Shown here in pieces: positions 1 to 12,661 of a stretch of DNA of 64,000 nt (within the stretch, counting starts at the first letter, position 1; each line of letters begins with the position of its first letter). Origin of the DNA: Cyanophora paradoxa CCMP329. Lineage: Eukaryota > Plantae > Glaucophyta. The translations under genes and the position numbers were made by a program. The stretch lies in assembly GCA_004431415.1 (NCBI GenBank), contig QPMI01000279.1:2567-66566 (forward strand). The letters run 5' to 3'. A model generated the notes under the pieces. It searched no databases and was not told where the DNA came from. It saw only the letters and a program-made list of their open reading frames with translations.

Positions 1-1034
1 GGCCGGCCCGGCGGGGCGGGCCCCGGCGGGGCGGAGAGGGCGCGCCATGGACATCGTCATGCTCGCCGGGTCGATCGTCTGCAGGCGGCGATCTGAGAGG
101 CGGGGCGGGCGGCGGCGCGGGCGGCGGGTGAGGGGCGCGCCTGCACGTTGAGGTACACGGAGGTGGTCGCGGCGCTCGGGTCCACGGGGGCGTACGTCCG
201 CCCGTCCACCACCTCCGTCTGCGCCGCCCTCAGCCGCGCCGCCGGCGGCGAGGCGGGCCACGGCGGACCTGCCGGAAGAAGTGGAGGGTCACGCTGAACG
301 CGACGGCGAGCAGCACGGCGAAGATGATCGTCATCGTCCTGCGCGGCGGCGCCCGTGAGCCGCAGGCGGCGGCGCGGCGCTCAGCCGCGGCAGCAGCGTC
401 CCCCCCCCCTTAGGCCCGCGCGGAAGCGCAGCACGCCGGCGCTGCCCCTCGACCGCGCCCGGAATCTCGTACGCACCCCTTGGCGATGATCATCTCCTTG
501 TTCTTCTTCACGAACTGCACGTTCTGCTCGTGCAACTGCTTCGCCGTGGCGAGTGGGTCCTTCACAAGCCCCGTCGTAAAAGCTCCGAACTGTGGCGCAG
601 ACTCGGCGTCAGCGGGGGCGGGGTGCAGCAGCGCAAGTGGCGGCCAGCCCGGTCAGCGGCGCTCTGGCGCAGCGGTGCAGGTCGCGGGGCCGCAGGCCGA
701 CTGCATTCAAATACAGTGGAACGTCCAAGCACCTTCTGAAAGTTTATGAATGTCTCGCCCATCAACGAGAGGAACACCTACAGGCGGCGCGAATCGGTGA
801 AGGCGCGGCGCGAGGCGCGGCGCGAGGCGCGGCGGTGCGCACCTCTTGTGCTGTCTTTTCTATCTCTTCCTGTTCTTTCGGAGTCATGGCACGCGCCGCG
901 GGAAGGTCATCCGCCTGCACGCCAGCGGACGGGCCGGCAGCTGATGCCTTCGCATCTGCTATGGCTGGAGGATCCGGCTCCTTCGACTGGTCAGGCTCCG
1001 ACGGGCCCGGCTGCGGCCCCGCCGCCTCGGCCAT
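1..1034 (-). CDS. Hypothetical membrane protein (multi-exon, 3' end beyond window)
   Basis: ATG at 1034 (MAEAAGPQPGP...). Spliced exons give FTTGLVKDPLATAKQLHEQNVQFVKKNKEMIIAK, a TM segment TMTIIFAVLLAVAFSVTLHFF, then TEVVDGRTYAPVDPSAATTSVYLNVQ|TIDPASM. GT/GC-AG introns. Confidence 0.6.
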
Positions 1035-1210
1035 GCTTCTGTTGCGAACGAAGGAAAGCCTACCCGTCGAAGTCCATCCATCCGTGCCATCTCCCCTCGT
1101 CATCGCTCCCAGGGCCTTTCTACGCGCAAGTGCGGCTTTATGGATTGTAATGAAGCTCGCGCCGTCGCTCACTCACCGCTTCCCGCAGCTCGATCTAGGC
1201 GGTCGGCAGG

Positions 1211-1782
1211 ATGGCGAAGCACCATCCCGATTTGATTATGTGCCGAAGGCAACCGGGCATCGCCATCGGTCGCCTCTGCGAGAAGTGCGACGGGGTGAGC
1301 GACGCACAGGCCGCGAACCCTCGAGAACCCATTCGGGCGAGCTAACACGTGCCCCGGCGTTCGCTCTCGCAGAAATGCGTCATCTGCGACTCGTATGTGC
1401 GCCCCTGCTCCCTCGTGCGCATCTGCGACGAGTGCAACTACGGATCCAACACGGGTCGCTGCGTGATCTGCGGTGGTGCGCATGCCACCCCCAGCGTTCC
1501 TTTAGCTGGCCCGCGTTGGCCTTGCTCACCTCCTTCGCTCAGGGCCTGGCATCTCCGATGCGTACTACTGCAGAGAATGTGTGATCATGGAGAAGGACAG
1601 AGACGGGTGTCCAAAGATTATCAACGTAGGATCTTCAAGAGTCGACTTATTTTACGTGCGTGCTGTCCCGGCGCGGGCATGGTCTTCACATGGCCCTCGC
1701 CCGAGCAAGTCAGTCTGCCCCATCAGCTGTTCCCTGATCCTCCTCGCAGGAACGAAAGAAATACGGATTCAAAAAGAGGTAG
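1211..1782 (+). CDS. PHF5A: PHD finger-like domain-containing protein 5A (SF3b14b/Rds3), 4 exons
   Basis: Spliced: [110 protein letters not shown], near-identical to canonical PHF5A. Confidence 0.98.
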
Positions 1783-2263
1783 AAAGACCTTCAAAGCCAC
1801 ACCACTCAGCGGTCCCGCTCCCTTCTCGCCCGACCCGCCTGCTCCCCTTGCGGCACTCGCCCTACCGCCCTCCCGCTCTGATCCTCCTGTCTTCGCTTAT
1901 CTCTTGTCCGCTCTCTTGCCCCCATCCGTTGCCATCGCCTGTTTTCCTTTCCTTGTGATCAATTCTCTTCCGAACTTCCGAAGTTCGATCCCCCGGCGTC
2001 AGGCGTTCCAGCTGCAAAGTGCATTGGGGGTGCATGTGCAGCTAGGGTCGATGCACTTGCTCCTGCCCAGGCGTCGCATAAGCTTCCTCAGGGCCTCACT
2101 GAGTCACCCCGCTTGCCACGGAGGACAGAACAGAGACTACCCCCCCTCGCCTAGGAGCCGCAGCGTTAGGGCCAGCCACGGATGCGCAGTGTGATAGCCG
2201 GCTTAGCTATATAGCGACGGAGCACGCCTAAGGCGAGCGGCGCGTGGCGACGGCGGCGGAGAG

Positions 2264-5200
2264 ATGCTGCGAAGGCCGGCCACGGAAGCCCTCGGCGGCC
2301 GCAACGTGTGCAGGCGCGAGGCGTCCTGCGGAACCGGTACAGCGCTGACAGTTATCTTGATGCTATGCGCGGTCGCCCTTTCCGCTGCAGCGGGACCGAA
2401 GTCTTCAACGGGTTGTGCGTTCGATTTCGAACGGCGCCGGTCCCCGCCGGTTGCCGCGCGTATGTATGACGTTCTGCAGATCCCATATCGCGCTGCATCC
2501 CCGCGCGGACAATCCTGTCGGAGACGAACCAGACGCGCGCCCTCAACTTGACGGCGCGCCTCGCGGGCTCCTCGCGCTTCCTCGACACGCGGTGGCACTC
2601 GTTCAGACCCGTCGCGGGTGCGTCCTATCGCCCTTAGCTGCAGGGCAGTTGGCAGTGCTCGGCACCCTAACGCTCATTCATACGCAGCGCGGAGCGCGGA
2701 ACCGATGCTTGCCACGGTGCGCCCCCGAGATGCCGACCGCGTGCGGCTTTCGCTTCGCGACTGAGCTCTCGCTTCCAGCTCGGCGGGGACGTCGGAGAGA
2801 TAGCGCTCGCCCTCGAGGCGCACGGGGCCGTCACGGGGCGGCACGGGGCCGCGCGGCGGGGTCCCCCGCAGAGCGCGAACATGAGCGCGATGAGCGCCGT
2901 CTTCGAGGCGTCGGCCGAGTCCCTGGTCCGCCCGCCCGCCCGCCCGCGCTCGCGGGGGCCCGGCCGGGACGCGCTGAGGGCCGGCCGCGGGGGCGCAGGT
3001 CTCGGCGTTCGTGGCGCGGCAGGCGGTGCCCGGGCAGCGGCCCCTCTACGCCTGGATCGAGCGCTCCGCCGTCGACGCCATCCGCGCCAAGGCGCGCCGC
3101 CGCCCGCCGCCCCGCCCGCCCGCCGCCGCCCGCCGGCTGACGTCGCTGCCAGCTGCCAGCGCCGGCCGGGGCCGCGGTGGACCTGGCGGCGCCGCCGGCG
3201 GAGCTGCGCGAGGCGATCCTCGAGCTCGTCGTGCAGCCGGAGCTCGCCGGGGAGGAGTACCGGGCGTGGGCGCTGGCGGCGGAGGGCCCGCGGGGGCGGC
3301 GACGGCGGCGGCGACGCGGGCGGCGACTCGGGCCTTCTTCCGCGCTCTGTGGGCCGCGGGGCGTCCGGCGCCGTGCGCCTCGAGGTCTCCCCGGAGGCCC
3401 CGCCCGCCCCTCGCCGCCCTCGTCACCCTCGACTCCTCCGGCTGGCCCGCCCCCGGCCCCGCCCGCCCGCCCCGCCCCGCCCCCACCTCATCTGAGCCGG
3501 CCCTCCCCGCAGCGCGAACCAGGCGGTGGGGACGGCGGTGCGGGGCGGCGTCGGGTCGTGAACGCGGCCCTCGCCGCGCGCTTCCTGCGCCGCTCCCTCG
3601 CCGCCCTCGCCTGCCGCACCCTCGCCGGCTGCTCCGACTCGGCCCCCTCGCCGCGCGCGCCGAGGCCCGCGCCGCCGAGCTCGTGCGCCCCGCCCCGCGC
3701 CCGACCGCCCCGGCTCGCGCCCGACCGCCCCGCCCCGCCCCACCCCGCCCGCGCGCAGCTGGACGTGTACTCGCGGGCGGCGGCGGCGGGCGGGGCCGTC
3801 CTCGCTTCCGCCTCGGTGGCGGCGCACAGCGGCTTCGGGGGGATGCCGGGCGGGGCGGGGCGCATGGGCGCGGCGCGGAAGCCGCCGGAGTGCGTGGCGA
3901 CGCACGTGGGGACGGAGCTGGAGGCGGCCCCGGGCACCATCCCGCCCGACGCCGACAAGCTCGCCGCCTTCGTCGCGGCGCAGGAGCTGACGTTCGTGGA
4001 CCCGACGGAGCACACGTGGAGCTGCGTCGACGGGCGCACCGCGCACCCGGCGCTGGGCACCCCGGGGGGCACCCTCGCCGAGTTCCTCCTCGCCCTCTCC
4101 GCCTTCGAGCGCGCCGCCGTCCGCCCCGCCCCGCCCCGCCCCGCCCCGCCCGAGGCGAGGCGAGGCGGGCGCGCAGCCGAGCTTCGTGCTGGACGAGGAC
4201 ACCGTGCAGGCCCTCCTCGACGAGTTCGTCGACCGGTGCGCCCCCGGCCCGGTCCCGTCCCCTCCGCTGCGCCCCGGTCCCACGCGAGGCGGCCGCGCAG
4301 CTACGCGCTGCCGCCGGGGCGGCAGTTCTACGCGCACACGTCGGTGCACGCGCAGGAGGACCTCGCCGCCTACGTCGCCGCCGCCCAGGCCGCCGACGTC
4401 GCCGCCGCCGAGCCGCCGGCCGCGCTCCGGCCCGCCCTCCTCGGCGCCGTCGCCCTCATCAAGTTCATCGGCTGCTCGCACCTCCGCTACATGCTCATGC
4501 AGCCCGAGGCACGCCCCCGCGCCCCGCCCCGCCCCGCCTCGCCCCGCCCCGGAGCCGCCGAGCGAGCGGGCGAGCGAGCCGGGGAACGTTCGTCAGGTGT
4601 ACCGGACGAACCCGGCGGTGGTGGGCTGGGCGGTGCGGAGCTTCTACCGGGCGCTGTGGGCGGACGGGGCGCTCGGGGGCGGGCGGCTCCTCCTGGAGGT
4701 GCTGGAGGGGGACCACGCGGAGGGCTTCCTCGCCGTCGTCTCCACCGCCGGCTGCCCGGGCCACGAGGCCCCCTTCAACCCCACCCCCCTCGGGCCCCCC
4801 GCCTTCGACTCCTCCCGGTCCGCCCCCGCCCCCGCGCCCCCGCGCCCCCGGTGCCCCGGCCTCGCCGCGACCTTCCGTCCTTGCAGGCCCGAGGCCTTCG
4901 TGCTGCACGAGGCGAGCCTGCGGGCAATCCGCGGCTACACTGCCTCCTTCTTCGCGGGGGCGGCCCCCAACGTCTCCGCCGCCGACCTCGCCGCCGACAT
5001 GCAGGCCGCCTTCCCCGCCCAGGCCCGGCCCGGCCCGTCCCCGCGCCCCACCCGCCCGCCTGACGGGGCGCAGGTGGAGCACACGCTGGCGGCGCTGGCG
5101 CCGGGCGTGGCGCGCGTGCACGTCCTCGTCTCCGCCGCCCCCTCCGCCGCCCTCTTCGACGCCCTCGACGCCGACGCCGCCGCCGCCAGTCCGCCCCCGC

Positions 5201-6374
5201 CCGCCCCGCCCCGCCCCGCCGCCCCTGAGGCCGCGTGCGCGCGGCAGGCGGGCGCCACGTCGTCGGCTTCGCGCTGGCCCTCCCCTCCGTCCCCTGCGCC
5301 GCCCTCACCGTCCCCGTCCTCGCCAACCTCAAACCCCGCGTCGCCGCGTGCGCCGCCCCTCCCCGCCCCCGCCCGCCCGCGACGGCGGCTTAGGCGGGGC
5401 AGGCGCCTCGACCTCCCGCCCGAGGCGGTGCTCATCACGGGCCTCGAGTGCGGGGCGGGGGACGAGAACGCCACCGCCGCCGCCGCCCGCCTCACCCTCG
5501 ACCTCCTCGTGCCCCGCTTCACCGGCTCCTCCGGCGCGCGCCGCACCCCCCCCCCCCCCCCCGCAGCTCCCAGCGTGGCTGACGCCGGCGCAGCGCTCTG
5601 GGCCTCGTCCGACCTGCTCGCCCGCCTCCGCTCCGCCGCCGGCACCGGCGCCCTCTCGGGCTCGGCCCGGCGGGCGCCCCCTCGGCCCCACGCGTCCCCG
5701 TCGAGGCGGCCGAGGCGGCGGGGCTGCCCCGCGTCCGCCCCCTCGCGCCGCCCCCCGAGGACGCGGCCGCCGCCCGCTCGGGGGGGACCCTCGCCGCCCC
5801 GAGCCGCTGGTGGCGGCCGACTCGCTGGCGCGCGCCAGCGGCGCCCTCGCCGCCCTCCTCGCCCTCGTCGGCGTCGCCCTCTCCGGCGCCGCCTGCTTCC
5901 TCCTCCTCCGCCCCGGCGCCCCCCGGGGCCGCCCCGCGGCCCCGCCCCGGGCCCGGCCTCGGAGGCCCCCGGCGAGGTCGACCTCGAGGCGGGCAAGGCG
6001 GGTGCCGACTCGGAGCCGGAGGGGCCGCCGGCGCGGGCGGGTCGTACCCCGGGCAGCGCTCGGGGCAGCGCGGGCGCTCGCTGCCGCCCCCGGGGCGCGC
6101 TTCCAAGTCCTTCTCCGAGGGCGCCTCCCCCGCCTCCGCCTCCGCCGGCGCCTCCCCGCGCCTCCCCGAGGCCCCTGCCCCCGCCCCTGCCCCCGCCCTC
6201 TCCTCCGGCCGCGCCACCCCGGGCCCCGCCGTCTCGCTGTACCCACCTGCCGAGCGGGAGAACCCCTTCGCGTACGCCGAGGGGCGCGACACGCTCTTCC
6301 TGAACCCCTTCGCCGAGCCGCCCGGCGGGCCGGGCGCCGGGCCCCCCGCCGCCTCCCTGCCCCCGCAGCTCTAG
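2264..6374 (+). CDS. Type-I membrane protein with zeta/cadmium-type carbonic anhydrase-like domain(s)
   Basis: Hydrophobic N-terminus (ALTVILMLCAVALSAAA). Motifs WSCVDGR...GTPGG.LAEF (4017-4085), FYAHTS (~4326-4343), IGCSHLRYML (~4467-4496), LEGDHAEG. TM LAALLALVGVALSGAACFLLL (~5845-5908). Pro-rich tail ending ...NPFAYAEGRDTLFLNPFAE...PPQL*. Some apparent frameshifts in G/C runs. Confidence 0.7.
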
Positions 6375-6457
6375 GCGGGCCTCTTTCAAGTTTCCTTATC
6401 GATACCAATATCGAGCGCGCTGTGCTTGCTTGTTGTTATTGCAGTCTTGCAGACGCT

Positions 6458-8150
6458 ATGCGCAGCTGCAGCTTCGGAATTCCGTGCACGTGCATGCATG
6501 CGCGCGCACCGGTTCGAGCTGCAAGGAGTCGGCCGGCGCAGCGCCTACTGGGAGGCGGCATGCTGATTTTGCGTACCCGGCGTTCTATGACGACGAATTG
6601 CCAAGCGACGTGGAGTCATCAGTGGAGATCCGAGAAGCTGACGGCGAGAACGTCGCGCTCGGCGGCACTCGAGCTCGGCAGAAGCTGAAGGCACTCGGCA
6701 GAACTGTCGGCAGTGGCTCGGCAATCGACCCAGCTTAGGGCCAGCTAGCGGTGAGAACTTCTTCGGAAGGTACCAGTGGAATGGAAGGTGCAGCCCGGCG
6801 GAGTCCCGCAGATGACCGCGCGTAGCATCGGCGGAGCGCAACCGAGCTAGGAGAGGATGAGCTACTATCAGCAGCAGTGCTACCGGCGGCAGGACTGCGT
6901 CGGGAGGTCCTGGCCCGTTGAGTCATTTCGCGAATGCGTCGAGTCCGGGGGCTGGTCAGTGGACGACGGCCAGTGCTGGAACCTGAAGGTCATGGCCACC
7001 AAGTCGCGCGTCGCCCGGCCGCCGCGGCCGGCCCCCGAGGAGGAGGAGAATTCCTGGGAGGAGGACGAGGCGCGGGAGCGGGAAGAACTGCTGCAGCTTC
7101 GCCGGGAGCAGGCCGAGGCCCGCTCATTTGAACGTGCGCGCGCCGCGCCCGCGCGCCGCGGCGCGAGCGGCGCGCCGACCGCGGGGCGCGGGGCAGCGGA
7201 GGTGCAGCGGCGGCACGTGGAGCGGTACGAGGCGCGGGAGGTGCCGCCGGCGCGGGACTCGCGGGTGGAGGCGGAGGCGGAGGCGGCGATCGCGGAGCTG
7301 GAGGAGGCGCTGCGGGCCGGCCGCGCCGAGGTCGCCCGCCTCCAGGAGGCCCTCCGCCGCCCCGCCCGCCCCGGCGAGGCCCCCGAGCCCGAGCCCGAGC
7401 GCGAGCCCGAGGCCGAGGCCGACGCCGACGCCGAGTTCAATCTGGAGCTCGAGCTCGACGCGCTGGAGGCCGGCTTGGACGCCGACGGCGCCGCCGCCGC
7501 CCTGCTCGACCACGAGGTGCGCCGCCGCGCCCCTCCCGCGCTGCCTCCTGCTGCCGCCGACCCTTCCGCAGCTCGCTTTCGACTCCTTCCCCGGCTGACA
7601 GCCGGCCGGAGATAAGGGTTTAGGCCCCAGGGGGAGTGGCGGTCACGGAGGACGCGTAGCGCGAGGCGGACTCCGGGGCGGAGTGGCCCAGTGGCGGCCT
7701 CCTATCATTTGACCCCGAGGCGCGAAGCGCGAGCACCTCGACGGCTGGCAGCCGGCCTCCGACCGCCGGCGCCTTGCAATTCAACCATACCGTGATGTGG
7801 AGGCCCCGCGGACTTGCCGGACCCGTCGCGGGGGCCGGTGCCCGCCGAGAGCGCGGCGCCGGCGGCAGCGCGGGGGGCGCCGGCGCAGCAGACCACCGCC
7901 GCCTTCCACGCCATCCCGGCCTCGCCCTCGGCCGCCCAGCCGCCGGGGCTCCCAGCGCCCGGCCGGCCCTCCCCTCGGCAGGCCTCCCGCGACGCATCCG
8001 AGGGGCTGAAGCGGCTCCAGCCCCCCTTGGGCCCCCGCGGGGCCGCCTACGAGCCCGACGCTCGCCGCGAGCCCCGCGGCGCTCGGGGGCGTCCGGAGCT
8101 GGAGCTCGCAGCGCTCACAGCGACGTCGATCAGCCTGCCATTCGCTGCTA
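6458..8150 (+). CDS. Hypothetical acidic/coiled-coil protein (structure uncertain)
   Basis: Coding-like exon 6970-7516 (CWNLKVMATKSR...EEDEAREREELLQLRREQAEAR...AIAELEEALRAGRAEVARLQEALRR). Start and end are not resolved. Confidence 0.35.
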
Positions 8151-9001
8151 GTGGTGTCTTATATAATTATTGCGCGATACCCTATTTGAAGCATAGTATT
8201 AGAGTACACTAAATTATTCTTAAGTTATTCCAGCTATCTGAGTTTCAATTCAAACAGTGCACTTTCAATCTGGCAATTTTCTCGGGACTGAGCTTGTCAG
8301 CGGCTCAAGACTCGGGAGTCGGGACTCGGGAGTCCTGGCCATGGAGTCCCGGAGCCTCGGCCTCGGAGTCCGACATTGTCCGACGCCGTGACGGTCGAAC
8401 GTTAACATCGTCGAGCTGAGCCTCGGAGCCTCGGAGTAGCCGAGTCGATCGGATCGCGCATCATGTCCGACCGTCGGACGGTCCCGCTAGCTATAGCTAG
8501 CTATAGGCTATACTACTACTACTACTATGATAGCCTTCAGGCTTTCAAATTTAGCTTGGACTTCGAATCACTGAATTTCGATTGACTCAGTGGAAGTTCC
8601 GTCGCTCAGCGGCTAAGACTGCGGCGGCCATTCGCTGCTAGTGGTGTCTTATATAATTATTGCGCGATACCCTATTTGAAGCTTGGCCATGTCGGGCTCG
8701 GGAGTCCTGGCCATGGAGTCCCGGAGCCTCGGCCTCGGAGTCCGACATTGTCCGACGCCGTGACGGTCGAACGTTAACATCGTCGAGCTGAGCCTCGGAG
8801 CCTCGGAGTAGCCGAGTCGATCGGATCGCGCATCATGTCCGACCGTCGGACGGTCCCGCTAGCTATAGCTAGCTATAGGCTATACTACTACTACTACTAT
8901 GATAGCCTTCAGGCTTTCAAATTTAGCTTGGACTTCGAATCACTGAATTTCGATTGACTCAGTGGAAGTTCCGTCGCTCAGCGGCTAAGACTGCGGCGGC
9001 C
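8137..9001. repeat. Imperfect tandem duplication (56-bp block + 305-bp block), palindrome-rich, lower GC
   Basis: 8137-8192 = 8627-8682 and 8325-8629 = 8697-9001 (identical by eye). The ~130 bp between the blocks in copy 1 is replaced by ~14 bp in copy 2. Confidence 0.9.
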
Positions 9002-9423
9002 GTCACGGTCGCCGCGCGCGGGGCCCCGCGTGCACGCTTAAATTAAAAATTTTCTGCGGCTGCGGCCACGGCAGCCGAGGGCGGCGCGCGCTCGTGCGAT
9101 TCGATCGCCGCACAGACTACGCCTCATGATCACTGCAAGTCGGGCGAATTCGGACGAGCCTCGGAGATCCACTGCATATTTCTGAAAGAAGCTATCTAAA
9201 TGCCTAGCCGTGTCCATGTCTAAACAATTTTGAGAGTTTTATAGCTTTACTTGAAAAAAGGGGATAAAGTCTGCGGGGGCGGCGGCGCGCGCGCCATGGC
9301 GGGGCGAGCGGCGGCGCCCGCGTACGGTAAGGGGAGAGAAAGGGGACGTGGGAGACTCGAGGGGGACGGGGGCGGGTGCGGGGTGCGGGGCCGGGGCTAG
9401 GGGCGGGCGGCGGGGGCGGGCGC

Positions 9424-11709
9424 TCAGTCGAAGAGCTTCTCGCCGGTGGCGAAGGCGTTCCAGAAGATGGTGCCGAAAATGTAGAAGCCGATGACGGTGT
9501 AGAAGACGACGTTCCAGGACTTGAAGGTGTCGAGGATGTAGCCCGTGAGGGCCACGCCGACGATGCCGGGGAGGGCCCCCGCCGTGTTGCTGATGCCGAG
9601 GAGCACGCCGGCGTACTTGGGGGCGATGTCCTGCGCGTTGCAGTAGAGGCCCGAGAGGTTGAAGGAGGAGAGGGCGAGGCCGAGGGTCAGGCAGAGGAGC
9701 GCCGGCACCGCCGCCGTCGTCCTCGTGAGGAGCGCCAGGAAGCACGCCGGCCCCAGGAAGGCCACGCTCTGCATGAACTTGCGCACGAAGGTGATCGACT
9801 TGCCGCGGCTCACGAGGAAGTCGGCGAGCAGGCCGCCGAGGGAGCCCGAGACGGACATGGTGAGGTAGGGGAGCACGGAGAGCAGGCTCGAGTGCTTCAC
9901 GTCGAAGCCGAGGTGGTCCGAGAAGTACGAGGGCATCCATGAGAGCAGGATGTAGTACCCCTGCGCCCCCGCCCGCTCGAGGCGCCCCGGGGGGAGGGGA
10001 GGGTGCGGGTGCGGGCGGACCCAGTTGCCGCAGAAGTGGGCGACGATCTGGGCCCAGACGGCGGGGGTGCGGAAGAAGGTGGCCCAGGGGACGACGCGCG
10101 GCTCCGCCTTGGGCTTCTTCGGCGGCGGCGGCGTGAACTCCTTCACCATCGCTGCCCCGCGAGGTCGGCCCCCGATGGCGCGCGGCGCGCCGGCCCGGGG
10201 CGGGGCGGGCGGACCGACGATGGGGTTCTCGCCGGGCGCCGGGGTGAAGGGGCGGCCGGCCGGCGGGTCGCTGGGGACCCCGGCCGGGTTCTTGAGCAGC
10301 GAGTCCCGCGAGGGCGGGCAGTCGCGCTGCAGCCCGATCTGCGCCCGCGCGTCGGCCAGTTCCGGCGCGGGCGGGCTCCCGGGGGGAGCGGACCTGGGCG
10401 TTGCCGGGGAGCGGGGGCGGGTGACGGACGGTAAAGGTCCAGATGAAGTACCAGATGACGCCCACCAGCCCGAAGACTGCCCGGGCGTCGGCGGCCGGCG
10501 CCCGGGCCGGCGCGGGGCGGGGCGGCGCGGGGGCGGGGGCGGACCGTAGAAGACGGCGGGCCAGCCGTAGCCGTCGATGATGTAGGGGGCGAGAATGAGG
10601 CCGGCCACGGAGCCGACGTTCATCCCGCTGAACACCAGCGCCGTCGCCCGCGAGCGCTCCCGCACCGGCACCCACCTGCACCCCGCCCGCCCAGCTCGGC
10701 CCCGCGGCGAGCGCGCCGGCAGCGGGCGCGGGGGCGGACTTGGAGAGGAGGTTGGTGATGGCCGGGGGCGCGACGCCCTCGCCGAGGCCGACGAAGACGC
10801 GGGACAGGAGGAGGAGCCAGACCGCCTTCTGCGAGGCCCACGGCACGACTGCCGTGAAGATCGACCACCAGAGCACGCCCATCCCCAGCACGAGGCGGCC
10901 ACCGAAGCGGTCCGCCAGCGCCCCGCCCGGCGTCTGCGTCAGGATATAGCCGTAGAAGAAGGACGACTGCACGATGCCCATCTGCGCGCGCGACGCCGCG
11001 AGCGAGCTCCCGGTTTAGTGTAGGAGAAAAGAAAGGCGAAGGTAGGCGGCAGCGGGCCCGCACCGTTGTCGCGCTCCAGCCGTACTCCTTGGCCATCGGT
11101 AAAATCGCGACGGACATATTGACCTGCGATCGTCCGAACGAAGCAGCGAGGTCAACAAGCAGAAACAAAAGATTGAGCGTCGCGTCGCGAGAGCGACGCA
11201 GCGGGAGGCTGACCTTGTCCATGTTGCAGACAACTATCATGCGTTCGGAAGCGAGGGCGGGAGGGCGACGGAAGGGATCAGCCCGATTGAAGAGGTCACT
11301 AGAGCGGGTTGGGACGCGATCGTGGCGCACGGAAGGCGAGGAAGGTAAGGGCAACGACGACGTAGCGCGCAGGCAACGCCGGCGGCTCATCGGCATTGGC
11401 CTCATCTAGCGAAGAGGGAGGCGGAAGAGCGCTGACGATCGAACGCAGCCAATCCGCTTGCCTCTGGACGGCCACCGCTTCCTGATGAGAGCGGCCAAGC
11501 CTGAACTTTGCTGAGCGCGAGCCGTCGAAGAAGAAGGAGCTGCTAGACTTCAGTGTCTCCGGACTCGCGCGATGCCGCAGCTGGCCGACAGCGAAGTTCC
11601 GGGACGGTGCGCAGGCAAGCCGGCCAGCGGCGACGGAGCCGCCGGCGTGCGCCGCATTCACGACGCCGCGGCCGGGACGAACCACCGGTATACTGGCGAA
11701 CGCCTCCAT
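9424..11709 (-). CDS. PHT4: PHT4/ANTR (SLC17-like) MFS anion/phosphate transporter, plastid-targeted
   Basis: MEAFASIP... transit peptide. Exons CNMDK|VNMSVAILPMAKEYGWS, GIVQSSFFYGYILTQTPGGALADRFGGR, VGLGEGVAPPA, WVPVRERSRA, HFCGNW|GYYILLSWMPSYF, QDIAPKYAGVLLGISNTAGALPGIVG...ATGEKLFD*. Confidence 0.93.
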
Positions 11710-12661
11710 TGTGATCTGCTCGCCTGGATCAGCGCGACATTCGCGCCGGGAACAAATCCGATGCCCGGCACGGCATGTGCGAGAAAGCACCAGTCGGCGC
11801 TGTAGCAAGCGCACCTGAAGTCTGCCCTGCGGCGTCGCAGGGCTTGGGTTGGAGGTGCTACGGTGGTGCTGTACCCAGGCGCTATTATGATCGCGCTGAT
11901 GCACCTCTGCTCCGTGCAGCGCTTGCGCCATACTAATGATGATGCTGCGCGCGAGGAACGCGTCCGGACACCACGCCGAGCCCGATGGCCTGAGATTTCG
12001 AAATTGATCCGTGCCCGACGGTCATGCCGTGCCGCAGCCTGGCAGTGCGCGCGCTACGGTTCGGATCATTAAGATTACCTCCGCGGGAAGCGTGCCACAG
12101 CGCGCGGCGCTATGGAGCGCTAGCGATCTAGATCTAGCTAGCTCTGCCCGACATTCAGACGCTGCTAGCGCTCGGCCCTCCTGGACTTCGCATGCGGATT
12201 GCCCCATTCCAGGTGCGCGGAACGGGTAAGTTTTCGGTGTCATTCACAATATATCAAGGCGACCAAGCAGCAAATACCTAGTGCACTACGGAAAAAGGAT
12301 CGAAAGACTGCTGAGAAGCACGTCCAAAACGAGCTCGCTCGATATCCAGGCGTACCACCTTGGAATCCTAACGTACGTTACTACTCTATTCCCCCTACAC
12401 CCCCACGAACTATGGAAAGAGGCATCGCGTACAAGGTGGCGAGCGGCTGGGAAGACATATCAAGAGACGGAGATAAATACTGCCCTCACTCCTGAAGCGA
12501 AATTGAAAGGGAGTCGCAACAGACTGGGTCCCAAAATCTCCGGGAAGGAGAGGAGGAAGCAAAGGAAGCGAAGAGAATCCAATCCACAAAAAAGACATGG
12601 CTGAACTACCCTATTGCAACCGGGGACCGCCTGCGGACGGAAAGACCGACGGCTACGGCGC

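Noticed and set aside
3011-6688. 1225-aa ORF and other long Arg/Pro/Ala-rich ORFs across the window
   Set aside because: Artefacts of very high GC (few stop codons). They read through introns and wrong frames; the real proteins come from splicing.
12199-12604. Short lower-GC ORFs between PHT4 and RlpA
   Set aside because: No recognisable motif and no consistent splice model; could be a small gene but is unsupported.
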